Source of the DNA: Andalucia godoyi And28
Taxonomy: Eukaryota > Protista > Jakobida
Reading direction: 5' to 3'
Length of the DNA stretch: 64,000 nucleotides
Assembly: GCA_009859145.1 (NCBI GenBank)
Contig: VRVR01000010.1
Location: 99,330 to 163,329 of the forward strand
The first letter of the stretch is position 1; every line of letters begins with the position of its first letter. A program made the translations under genes and the position numbers. The notes beneath the pieces were generated by a model. The model did not search any database, had not been told where the DNA came from, and was given only the letters and a program-made list of their open reading frames with translations. Of the stretch, positions 22,149-32,043 are shown in pieces.

Positions 22149-23079
22149 AATATTTGAAATGTCTATTTCCGCCTCCCCATCTCTTGTCTGTTTATGATGT
22201 TCCTGTACCCGTATGTTTCTCCACCGATTCGCGCACGTAGTAGTTTTAACTCTTTTAATGTTTTAAATTAAAAGAAAAATAAAGAATATTCTAGTCTTTA
22301 ACGCATTGTGGTTTGTCATGGGTGCCTCGTGACTCGTGAGACACCAATATTCAGCTGTCCAAAACTATCTACAAGGCCTCTTCTTGTACCTCCCCAGCAA
22401 CACAGAAACAAAACAAAAACAAAAAAAAGGAACGATAAACACATATTATGTTTATTGTATATCGAAAAAAAGATCCGTTATATCCGCAATCTCGGACAGT
22501 CAACACCTTCCGCTCGCCAAAACGTGAATCATTATTGATCATCGGCTAAGCTGTTACCAAAGACAGATCCAAGCCACGTGTTTTTCGTTTTTTATTCGGG
22601 GGGCGAGCACCAACTCTTTAATGCAGAATGCTCTGCAGTCAAAAGGTCATCGCTTCTTCTTGTTCTGCGCCTCCGACGAGAGGGAATCAACGGGTTCCTT
22701 GGTTCTCGGCATCGTCTGACAGGGCCGGTTTGAGTTTAATGGAAAGATCCCTCTCTGGAGCCATGAGATGCTTTGTCTTTGATAAAAGGTGCAGCCTGAG
22801 GGTTCGATTATAGATATAAGAACAAACATAAAATAATAGAAAGGGGGAAAACGTGAGGAAGGAAGAAATTCTAGACTTGACTACGGTAAGGAACATCGCA
22901 TTGTTTTGGATGTTTCAAACGTTGACAGACAAAACGGTCAGCCGTAAGTTCAGACAATGTATGCCCGTTTTGTCACCGAGAAAGATCATTCCGATTCCAA
23001 AGACTCTGCGAGTGTGGTAATGATTCGTGTTTTTGCTTGTCCTTTTTGTGATAGTTCAACACAGGCTGTCACGAAATCT

Positions 23080-23802
23080 ATGAGTAACAATTCTACTGGT
23101 TCTGCGAGTACTGCGAGTGCTGCGAGTACTGCGACGACAACTCGAATTTCGTCGCAGCGATACGACAAGCAAAAGACCGCGGATCCGTTTGCGACGAAAA
23201 GCACGCAGCGCACAACATTCGGTACGCTGTACAACGCAGGTGGAGTTCCATGCCGCATCCAACACACGACGTCCCGCATGTATCTCGCATGGGACACTCC
23301 GCCTGATCGCGTCCCTGACTTTGCGTCTCTGTTTGTAGCATGTGCAGATGGACTTCGAGAAACCCAGCATCCACATGTGTTTGTTGCTGTGAACGCGTTC
23401 ATCCAAATGTGCCAATCGGAAGGTGCATACGATAAGATTGTCCCTCTTCTGAGCCGAGTTGTCCCTCTTATCAAGACTGCCATGTCTGCTGCTCCTACTT
23501 CCTCGACCACAAGCTCGGCTGCGGCGTCAAAAGGAATTGGAAACACCGCCAAAGCAACGGATCTAACGTTTGAGAACGCTCTGAATGCTCTGAGCGCTCT
23601 GAGTGCCTGTGTCGGACCTGCATTGTTGGACCACTTTTCGGCGGTTCTCCAAGCATTAAACAAGAAGTTTTCGGACAAGCTATATGCTGCGAGAATCACG
23701 GACGTCCTTCAGAACATCGAGGAGATGTGTGGACCAGAAGCTTCCAAGATCATCAAGGCCAAGATTCCAACTTATACGACAATCCATTCTCTCAAGAGAT
23801 AA
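23080..23802 (+). CDS. PACRGL: PACRG-like protein
   Basis: FGTLYNAGGVPCRIQH, LFVACADGLRETQHPHVFVA and C-terminal IKAKIPTYTTI. ATG at 23080 preferred; the upstream in-frame sequence looks intronic. Confidence 0.8.
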   Translation: MSNNSTGSASTASAASTATTTRISSQRYDKQKTADPFATKSTQRTTFGTLYNAGGVPCRIQHTTSRMYLAWDTPPDRVPDFASLFVACADGLRETQHPHVFVAVNAFIQMCQSEGAYDKIVPLLSRVVPLIKTAMSAAPTSSTTSSAAASKGIGNTAKATDLTFENALNALSALSACVGPALLDHFSAVLQALNKKFSDKLYAARITDVLQNIEEMCGPEASKIIKAKIPTYTTIHSLKR

Positions 23803-24142
23803 TGGTGACCACCGCGCGCTTTTCTCTGGCTGAAGACTCAATTTTCTTGCTTCATGCTGTATTTGTACTGTGTTGTTTTTTTGAATTCCTGCTATTGTAA
23901 AGATAAAGAGGGACTCTCACTCTCTCTCTCTCTCTGTCTGTGCGTGCGTGCGTGCGTGTGTGTGTGTGTGTGCCTGTGCGTGTGTTTCCTCCTCCTTCAT
24001 GATGCTCATCGTTGTTTCTTTTCTTTTCCCTTTCGCTTTTCATAGATACTTTATGGAATACTGGAGATGGGATTGGAAGGGGTGCCATCGCGTGTATGTG
24101 TGACAGTGTGACGGTGTCATGTGAATATGGATGTGGATGACC

Positions 24143-24656
24143 TTAGATTGCAGACCCATTGTTGATCGCCTTGATTTCTGCATCGGAAAGTCGCATGCGT
24201 CCCTTGAGAGGATTCGGTGCATTTTCCACCACGAGCGTCGTGTTCTTTCTATTGAACAGCAGCTGGCCCTTCGACGACGATGATGGAAGCGTCGACGATG
24301 GAGACGAAAGACGAGTCAACGTGTACAGGCTTTCAAGAGTGTTCTGAATCGCAGTAGCTGGAAAAGGACGCTTTCCATGCCGAAACACAATCATTGGAAT
24401 TCGGACCATCTCTTCACTGTCTCCCTCTCTTTTCTTTAAAATGAGCGACGAGAATCTACACACAAATCAGAAGAAGCTTCAATAGTCGAAAGGCGTATTC
24501 AACAATCGACAACGTTTGACCGTGTTGTTTTATGAAACATTTGAACATCAAACAAGCAACTTGATACCGGAAGTTCTTTCCATTGCCATTTACTGCGATA
24601 TGATGAAGCAATCTGAAGCGCACGTAAACAGAACCACTGCCACGAGCCATGCGCAT
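24143..24656 (-). CDS. KGD4: KGD4/MRPS36-like adaptor subunit of 2-oxoglutarate dehydrogenase (exons 24656-24568 and 24455-24143; alternative start at 24409)
   Basis: N-terminal RIPMIVF-RHGKR and C-terminal RMRLSDAEIKAINNGS, separated by a Ser/Pro linker, match the KGD4/MRPS36 architecture. A GTATCA...CTGAT...TAG intron joins an in-frame Arg-rich N-terminal extension. Confidence 0.65.
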
Positions 24657-24873
24657 GCGTTTGTTGCCTTAAGCAACTCCGTCACACGATGCCCGATTCG
24701 TTTCGCCTCCCATTTTGATCATGAAATCCCTATAAACACGCCGCCGCGTTGCATTCTCGCACAGTGACGCTCATTTCATTTCTTTATTTTTTATTGTCCA
24801 TGCAACGCACGATGTATATACGTCACACCCGCAACGCTGCGCAAGACCCATGACATCTCCGCCGCCAGGAAAC

Positions 24874-25292
24874 ATCGCCAAGGCGACAACTGCGCGGCAG
24901 CGCTACTCGATGAAACGCGCGCGGCTGCGTATCTTTGAAAAGGTGCGCAACCTGACGGCCGACGATTGGCCAACTGACTCTGTGCAGAGTACGACATCAT
25001 CCTGCTTCCGAAGTTTGAGACCTCTCAGATGGTACTCAAGCATCATCGTCGAATCCGCTGCAAGACTACCAATTCCAGCAACGTTTGTTTCATAAGGCGA
25101 CTGAGTATCGCGAGCGTCATGTTGCCATTGTGACGGAGGAGTACACGTCCAAAACGTGCGGGCGCTGCGGCGAGATCCCATGCACGTCGAGGCGGAAGCA
25201 TAAAAGTGTTTACATGTCCCGCGTGTAGCTCACCGATTGATCGAGATTGGGAACGGAGAGCGGAACATCTATCTGAAGAACGCAGAGAGGCG
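24874..25292 (+). pseudogene. Fanzor2 (IS607-type TnpB-derived RNA-guided nuclease) C-terminal remnant, 5'-truncated and frameshifted
   Basis: Stitched across frames: IAKATTARQRYSMKRARLRIFEKVRNLTAD / LAN*LCAEYDIILLPKFETSQMVLKHHRRIRCKT / YQFQQRLFHKATEYRERHVAIVTEEYTSKTCGRCGE / GGSIKVFTCPACSSPIDRDW / NGERNIYLKN. This contains RuvC-II Glu, two CxxC zinc-finger pairs and RuvC-III Asp. Confidence 0.9.
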
Positions 25293-25293
25293 T

Positions 25294-25433
25294 GTTGGGG
25301 GCCGATCCCCTTCCCGGCAACGGGATGCAAGATTGAATATGCATGCCTATTCGTAGATATGCATGTTCAGTGTATGATGTAGGCGTTTCGTATATCAACG
25401 TTGAACATGAAAAACAATACGATTTTCCGACCG
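25294..25433 (+). ncRNA. Putative Fanzor omegaRNA scaffold / element right end
   Basis: Directly follows the RuvC-III motif. Hairpins: GGGG/CCCC; TCCCG-GCAA-CGGGA; 11-bp TGAATATGCAT/ATGCATGTTCA capped by CTA-TTCG-TAG; TCGTAT/ATACGA. The boundaries are inferred. Confidence 0.65.
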
Positions 25434-26116
25434 TAAAGCAAGCAGAAGATTATCGTCAGACGGCAACTTGCTGAGCAAGCGGATGATCATCAGATCGCGG
25501 CGATGTGATCGATTTGCGTTCGGAATGCGCTTTCAAGTCAGAGAGCAAGAGGGTGCAGCGATGTGCATCGCCGCCGACCACGTTCCGTTTCCTCCAACGT
25601 TCATTTTTTTTGAACGTTGAATCCATTGGTGAATGTGTTGGTTGCGACGACCCCTTGACTGCACTGAAGAGGTGATGCTCGTCCCAATTAACATAAAAGT
25701 AAAGCACATGCGGCTTTGGATCCGTCTTCGGTGGACAGCTTACCCCGATGATGATCAATGATTGTTTTTTTGGCAAGCAGAAATTCCGTTATTAAAGTTC
25801 AAAGAAAAAACTAGGAGAAGAAAGGAAACGAAGAGGTGATGCTTGATGCTGGGCCCCTGGAAGGAGGCTCTCGCATGGTCAGCAACCTGGGGAAGCTTTC
25901 ATGCTTGAGAGAATCCAGGCTTCAGAGAGGTAGTTCGTGTCTTTCGATTTGGTCTTATAATTATTTTTCTATTTATATATATATGTATATTTTTTTTCTT
26001 GTTCTCTTATTGGTTTCTTCTTCTTTTTCTTCGCTTGTTTGCGTACTTGCGTGTTTGCGTGCTTGCGTGCTTGCTGGATTTGTTGTTGTTTCTTGGAGGG
26101 CTACGATTGCGGGGAA

Positions 26117-29100
26117 ATGGTGGTGGCTCAGGAGCGTCTCTGCACGTACTTGATTGACTATGCAAAGGTTTCTTCTGTTTCAGTCGCGGATCTCAAAACG
26201 CGGCTGATGAATTCGGATGAGGATACAAAGATTGAGGCAATGAAACAGCTGTTGCATACTTTGGCTACCGGCGAACGACTCCCACAGCTTCTGATGCCCG
26301 TCATCCAATACATTGTGCCTTCTCAAAACCATGTTCTGAAGAAACTTGCGCTGTTATATTGGGAAGTTGTGGATAAGAAGGATCAAAATGGACGTCTGTT
26401 AGCTGAGATGATCCTTGTTATCAACTTTCTGCGAATGGATCTCAACTCTCCGAACGAATATGTGCGCGGAGCCACGCTCAGACTCCTTTCGAAAATTCGC
26501 AGTCCTGAAATTCTCGAGGACTTGACATCGTCGGTTCTTCAGTGTCTAGAGCACAGACACTCATACGTCCGCCGAAATGCAGTTCTTGCGATGCATGCGA
26601 TCCACAAGAACTACCCGTTCCTTATGCCGGATGCCCCCGAGCACATTGAGAAATTCCTGCAACAGGAGTCGGATCTTTCAGCTCGCAGAAATGCATTCTA
26701 TATGCTCTTCGATTGTGCGCCGGACAAGGCTGCAGAGTATATCAAGGGTCTGTCCGATTCGGTTCTGACGGAAGGAGAAATCATGCAAATCGTGCTTGTG
26801 GATGCGATGAGAAAGTTCTGCAAAGCGGATCACGAGGATAAGCCATTGTTTTTCAGAATGCTCTTCAAACTGCTCATGTCGGACGCCGCTGCTGTCATGT
26901 ACCAGTGCGCAACGACTGTCATTTCCCTTTCGGGATCACCGACGGCGGTCCGGGCAGTTGCATCGACCTACGCAAGATTGCTGGCAAAGGAATCGGACAC
27001 CAATGTTAGGCTCATTGTGCTGGAGCGTGTCAAGGAGCTCAAGGACCGCTATCCATCCGTGTTAGAGGAGCAGATCATGGAGATTTTATCTGTCGTTGAG
27101 ACGCAGAATGCAGAGGTTCGAAAGAAGGCGCTCGAAATCGCACTGGATCTCGTCTCCAAGAAGAATGTCGAGGAGGTTGTCATTTTCCTTCGAAAGCAAA
27201 TCATTAAGGCGCTTGCCCCTGAATCGGAGCGCTCGCCAGAATACTGCAAGATGCTTATTGACGCAGTTCATACGTGCGTCGTTCGGTTCCCGGAGACTGC
27301 AGAGTCTGTTATCAATGTTCTTATGGACTTTTTGACGGAGCCTGCGGCGAACTTGGCAGGCTCATCTTCGGGTGCGGGTGGCAGTTTGTCTGTTTCTGGA
27401 TCTGCTTCGACGTCGATGACCTCACCACCGACGAATGGGTTGTCAGGATCATCCGCAAGCTCGGGTACCACGCCTTCCACAGCTGTGGAGGTCGTTTTGT
27501 TTGTCCGAGAAATCATGGAACTGTTCCCAAATCAACGAGAAAGTTTACTCGCCCGCCTCCGAGAAACGTTCCCAGACATTTCTGCATCTCGGGTGTTCCG
27601 CACCGCACTCTGGATCATTGGTGACTATTCGACGTCTGTCATGGAAGTGATGTCTGGGTATGAGACGATCATGCGTGCTTTGGGACCCATTCCTTTCGGA
27701 TCTGGATCGGAGCAGAGTTCCTTTTTGGAACGTCCCAAGGACGAAGATGCCGGATCGGCGGCGTCGTCCTCGTTTTCAACCAGAGGCGGGACAAACTCGA
27801 CTGCTCGTATCAACGCCGATGGAACATACGCGTCACAGTCGTCGGCGACACTGCATCCGACCAAAGTGTCCGCACAGCGCCTGTCGTCCATCAATGTGGA
27901 AACAGACTTGCAGCTTCGTCGTTTGATCCGCCAAGGTGACTTTTATCTTGCCACGGTGCTTGCCTCCACACTCACGAAACTTGTGTATCGTGTGTGGGCA
28001 GTTCATCCGGATCAGCGCACTCGACTCCAAGTTCAGAACGAGGTTTTGCTTGTTCTGACGTCGCTGTTGCGAATGGGAAAGTCCCAGGCTGTTTCTCTCC
28101 AGTCTTCCTCCAGCAGTGATTTGAGCAGCGTCGGATCTACTCTTCAGGTCGCACAAAGCAAGAAACCGACGACACTCATGGATCAGGATTCGTTTGACCG
28201 GATTGCACTGTGCTTGAATCTCACTGCGGATGTCAAGCCCGAGAATGCGACGATCATCTTGCAAAAGTCGCGTGATGTATTTGCCAGTCTTGTGCATCTG
28301 CATTCAGCCGAGCGTGAAAAGCTGCGAGAATCCTCATTGTTGCGTGACGCGTTCCACGCAGCCGTACCGGTGGACCAGACAATATCGTTCCGACTGCTCC
28401 GTCCTCAGCGTGGAGGAGAGACTATTGACTACGATGAAGAAGCTGACTTGTCCAAGGCTGTTGGAAACGAGGAAAGACTTGGTGGCATCCGGGGCAACCA
28501 AGGTTCTTTCGCTGCCCGCCTTGAGCGCGTCTATCAGCTCACCGGATTTTCGGATCCTGTGTATGCAGAAGCGTATGTCACCATCCACCAGTACGATATT
28601 ATTCTTGATATCACCGTTGCCAACCAAACGCCCGACACGCTCGACAACGTGTCGATCGATCTTTCCACGATTGGCGATTTGCGCATCTGCGAAAAGCCGC
28701 CCATTCTGTCTCTTGCTCCGTACGAGAAGCGCGATGTGCGTTCTTCGATCAAAGTGTCGTCAACGGACAATGGAGCCATTCTCGGGTCTATCTTGTTTGA
28801 CCAAGTTGGATCTTCTTCGGAGAGACGATCTGTTGTCCTGTCCGATATCCACGTGGACATCATGGAATACATCCGGCCTTCCAAGTGTTCGGATGTGCAA
28901 TTCCGATCGATGTGGGCGGAGTTTGAATGGGAGAACAAGGTTCCTATCAATACGGAGTTCCCGGATCTGAAGTGCTTCTTGGACCACATGTGCGGCATCA
29001 CCAACATGGCAATTCTGACGGAAGGCGCTGCATCGGACAAGGACTGTCCATTCCTGTCTGCAAACCTGTATGCCCGATCTACCTTTGGAGAAGATGCGCT

Positions 29101-29290
29101 GGCCAACGTAAGTGTCGAGCGATCTGTCGATGGAAAGGTTTCTGGATTCGTGCGCATCCGCTCCAAGACGCAAGGCGTGGCTCTTGCTCTTGGAGATAGG
29201 ATCACTGCAATGCAGCGTGTTACTTCTGCTGCTGCAATCAAGGAGTCGCTTACCTCCGCGCCTGTTGCGACCACCGTCGTCTCCGAGTAG
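26117..29290 (+). CDS. COPB1: Coatomer subunit beta
   Basis: KKLALLYWEVV, DLNSPNEYVRGATLRLL, HRHSYVRRNA, QLTGFSDPVYAEAYV, FRSMWAEFEWENKV and RIRSKTQGVALALGD. Confidence 0.97.
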   Translation: MVVAQERLCTYLIDYAKVSSVSVADLKTRLMNSDEDTKIEAMKQLLHTLATGERLPQLLMPVIQYIVPSQNHVLKKLALLYWEVVDKKDQNGRLLAEMILVINFLRMDLNSPNEYVRGATLRLLSKIRSPEILEDLTSSVLQCLEHRHSYVRRNAVLAMHAIHKNYPFLMPDAPEHIEKFLQQESDLSARRNAFYMLFDCAPDKAAEYIKGLSDSVLTEGEIMQIVLVDAMRKFCKADHEDKPLFFRMLFKLLMSDAAAVMYQCATTVISLSGSPTAVRAVASTYARLLAKESDTNVRLIVLERVKELKDRYPSVLEEQIMEILSVVETQNAEVRKKALEIALDLVSKKNVEEVVIFLRKQIIKALAPESERSPEYCKMLIDAVHTCVVRFPETAESVINVLMDFLTEPAANLAGSSSGAGGSLSVSGSASTSMTSPPTNGLSGSSASSGTTPSTAVEVVLFVREIMELFPNQRESLLARLRETFPDISASRVFRTALWIIGDYSTSVMEVMSGYETIMRALGPIPFGSGSEQSSFLERPKDEDAGSAASSSFSTRGGTNSTARINADGTYASQSSATLHPTKVSAQRLSSINVETDLQLRRLIRQGDFYLATVLASTLTKLVYRVWAVHPDQRTRLQVQNEVLLVLTSLLRMGKSQAVSLQSSSSSDLSSVGSTLQVAQSKKPTTLMDQDSFDRIALCLNLTADVKPENATIILQKSRDVFASLVHLHSAEREKLRESSLLRDAFHAAVPVDQTISFRLLRPQRGGETIDYDEEADLSKAVGNEERLGGIRGNQGSFAARLERVYQLTGFSDPVYAEAYVTIHQYDIILDITVANQTPDTLDNVSIDLSTIGDLRICEKPPILSLAPYEKRDVRSSIKVSSTDNGAILGSILFDQVGSSSERRSVVLSDIHVDIMEYIRPSKCSDVQFRSMWAEFEWENKVPINTEFPDLKCFLDHMCGITNMAILTEGAASDKDCPFLSANLYARSTFGEDALANVSVERSVDGKVSGFVRIRSKTQGVALALGDRITAMQRVTSAAAIKESLTSAPVATTVVSE

Positions 29291-29621
29291 CGCGCAAGAT
29301 TCGACGGGTTCTCTGATCGATCAGTACAAATATTAATCATTTTTAATAATTAAAAAAAGAAAGGGGAAAAAAAAACACAGTAGGAAAAATAATATGAACA
29401 TGAAAATATCCTTCCCCTCTTTCCATCGTCTGGACCAGCAAACGTCCAGCTCTGTGTGTTCTGCGTCCACCACACACACAAGCACTTTGTGCTGCATGCT
29501 CGTTTACCGGTTTTACTTATTTATTTATTTTTGATATAATGTTAGCAAGTAATGAACGGGAATTTGGCTGTAACAGTGTCCGCCGATAAGGAACAAGAGA
29601 AAGAAGAAAATCCAACTTGGC

Positions 29622-30278
29622 CTACTTTCGCGACGGAGCAACGCTGCTGAAGGTGGACGTTCGTGAAGACATGTTATGGCGCGAGCTGGACGCCACGGAC
29701 GACCGCGAGGAGCCCACCTTCTTAACAGGTGATTTCTTCGGAATTAGTCTTTCTGGCATGGGAGACGAAAGCAGCTCCGGATAAAGCTCTGCAAACTCGG
29801 GAAGACCGCCTGTCAACGCATAGACATTATCGATGTTCCGCTCATAAAAGTGGTTTCCAAGTTCCTGATATAGCTTCTCATCATTATCATATATAACGAC
29901 AATGTGATTTTCCTTGTTGAAAAACCTCATTACCTGAGGAGAATAATTGTTGACGGATCTGAAAAACACTGTGGAGGGATACGAAACGGACTCGTTCAGA
30001 TGACACTCTTCGTACTCTTCGGGACTCCGGACATCCAACACAAGCACTTCTCCGTCCTTCTCTATTGTCTGAAGCAGCTGTGCAAGCGTGTTTCGCTTGA
30101 TTCGCTTGAAATGCTCTTCTTTGCGAAACCGAGCATGCAAATGAACCGCATTCTTCTCAAGAAACTTCCGAACATTGTTTCCAGTGTCAATCACTGCTCC
30201 TACTGTCTCGTACTTTGGATTCCGAGGAACTTTCTTGTCAAGGATCTTTCCATCTCCAATCGGCTTCACATAACTCAT
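29622..30278 (-). CDS. CEP41: Centrosomal/ciliary protein CEP41 (catalytically inactive rhodanese-like domain)
   Basis: KKVPRNPKYETVGAVIDTG, LVLDVRSPEEYEECHL, HIVVIYDNDE and DNVYALTGGL. The 3' end might instead splice at GTAGGC (29625). Confidence 0.85.
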   Translation of the reverse strand: MSYVKPIGDGKILDKKVPRNPKYETVGAVIDTGNNVRKFLEKNAVHLHARFRKEEHFKRIKRNTLAQLLQTIEKDGEVLVLDVRSPEEYEECHLNESVSYPSTVFFRSVNNYSPQVMRFFNKENHIVVIYDNDEKLYQELGNHFYERNIDNVYALTGGLPEFAELYPELLSSPMPERLIPKKSPVKKVGSSRSSVASSSRHNMSSRTSTFSSVAPSRK

Positions 30279-30666
30279 GTCCTCTTCCTAATTTACTTGT
30301 TTTGTTTTTGTTTTTTGTGGTTGGCTTTGTATTGCGGAGATTCTTGCTATTCAAGGCCTCGTCGATTTAATCTTGTTTATCGTTTCTGTAAACAAGACCC
30401 AGTGACAATAATAGTAATCATAAGAACCAGAAGAGAAGGGAGGGAAAAATAATTAATACACAGACGGAAATCATACGTTTGGCGCAAAAATCAAGTCTCA
30501 AAAAGAAGACCCGAATCGAGATTCTAGAGAGAGGAAAAGAGAGAGAGACAAAACGGCACAGAAAAAATCGACTGTAGAGGAAACCTTTGACTGCCTAATG
30601 ACGATTCATTAAACAAAAAGTCCGGCGCAAAGGGTTTTCGACCCGGGGGACAAATGCAGGAAAAAA

Positions 30667-30680
30667 AAACCCTAGGGTTT
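30667..30680. promoter_or_regulatory. Palindromic telo-box AAACCCTAGGGTTT upstream of RPS16
   Basis: Perfect 14-bp palindrome about 155 nt before the RPS16 ATG. Confidence 0.6.
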
Positions 30681-30834
30681 GGGAGGCTCCAAAGCCCTTC
30701 TCGTAGTTTATTTTTTTTTCCTTTCAAGCCTGATTTTCTCTATTGACACGAATTTTTATTTTATTTTATTTCTGCTTCTCGTTCTTCTCCTTTTTCTTTC
30801 ACTTGTGGGTATTTTATTGTTTCACCAAATCAGA

Positions 30835-31771
30835 ATGGAGGCACGTAACGTCCAAGCTGTCCAAGTATGTAGACTCTTGATTCTTGCATGATCGATGAGG
30901 AAGATTCGTAGAATTGGTGATTGGTGTCGAGAATCCCTTTTTTCGACGCTCCGAATTTTGTGTCTAAAGCGCTTTACTGATGTTTCTTCTTTTGTGTGCG
31001 TGTTCTTTTGTTTCTTCTGTTACCTATAGGTTTTTGGCCGCAAGAAGAACGCAATTGCAGTTGCCCGAGCAACCGCCGGTAAGGGTGTTGTCAAGGTCAA
31101 CGGATATCCGCTGAACCTCGTCCAGCCCGAGCCTCTCCGCTACAAGGTCTACGAACCCATTCTGCTTGTTGGAAAGGACAAGTTCGCCGGACTCGACATC
31201 CGAGTGAAGGTCAACGGTGGTGGACAAACCGCTCAGATCTATGCCATCCGCCAGGCAATTGCCAAGGCAATCGTTGCATACTATGCAAAGTGTATGTGTT
31301 TCTTCTTTGCTTTTTTCATTTTTCATTTTTTGTTTCTTGTTTCTTGTTGTTGTTGTTCTTCTTCTTAAGAATCAGCAACTCTTCTTTGCAGGCCTCGCCA
31401 CTGTCAGATGGTTTGTTTTGGTGGACGACAGTGCTTCTCTGATGGGAAATGAAAGTTTGAGATCACGGTTTCATTCTGTGACAACATACCTTATACTGAG
31501 AAAGAACATGCACTCTTCCACGTTTCTTTTCTTTGGCTTTTGCTTGTTTCTTTTTTTTTCCCGAGCTGTGTTTCTTACCCTGCTTGTTTTTTCGGGGGTT
31601 TTTTTTTTGTTGATCATGTTTGCAGTTGTTGATGAGGCTGCCAAGCGTGAGATCAAGGACATCCTTGTCAAGTATGACCGCTCTCTGCTCGTTGCAGATC
31701 CCCGCCGCAAGGAACCCAAGAAGTTCGGAGGTCCCGGTGCCCGTGCCCGTATCCAGAAGTCTTATCGTTAA
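30835..31771 (+). CDS. RPS16: 40S ribosomal protein S16 (uS9); exons 30835-30864, 31030-31291, 31626-31771
   Basis: The spliced product reads [14 protein letters not shown]...[29 protein letters not shown]...[24 protein letters not shown]. Both introns are GTATGT...AG. Confidence 0.97.
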
Positions 31772-32043
31772 ACTCTTGGTCCACTTTTGCTTGTGTTCAA
31801 TTACAAATGGTGTTCTACTGGTGAAAATAGACATGTAAACTCGCCCAACTTTTTCCCCCTTCTTTGCCGACCGATCCTCTTTTTCATGCTCAAACCCTAC
31901 GTGGCTTGCAACGCGTGGCAGTCATCATGAAGGCTGCAGCGAAACGGGGAAGGGCGTGTGACGGAAGGGCATTTCTTTATTTGAGTCTACACAACAAAAG
32001 AAAAAGGAAGCAAAACGAGGGGAGGAACACGGGGCTGTTCATC

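Noticed and set aside
24975-24977. TGA at a Trp position in Fanzor as evidence for TGA=Trp coding
   Set aside because: A single G-to-A change in a sequence with multiple frameshifts; TGA terminates other genes here (for example polyubiquitin).
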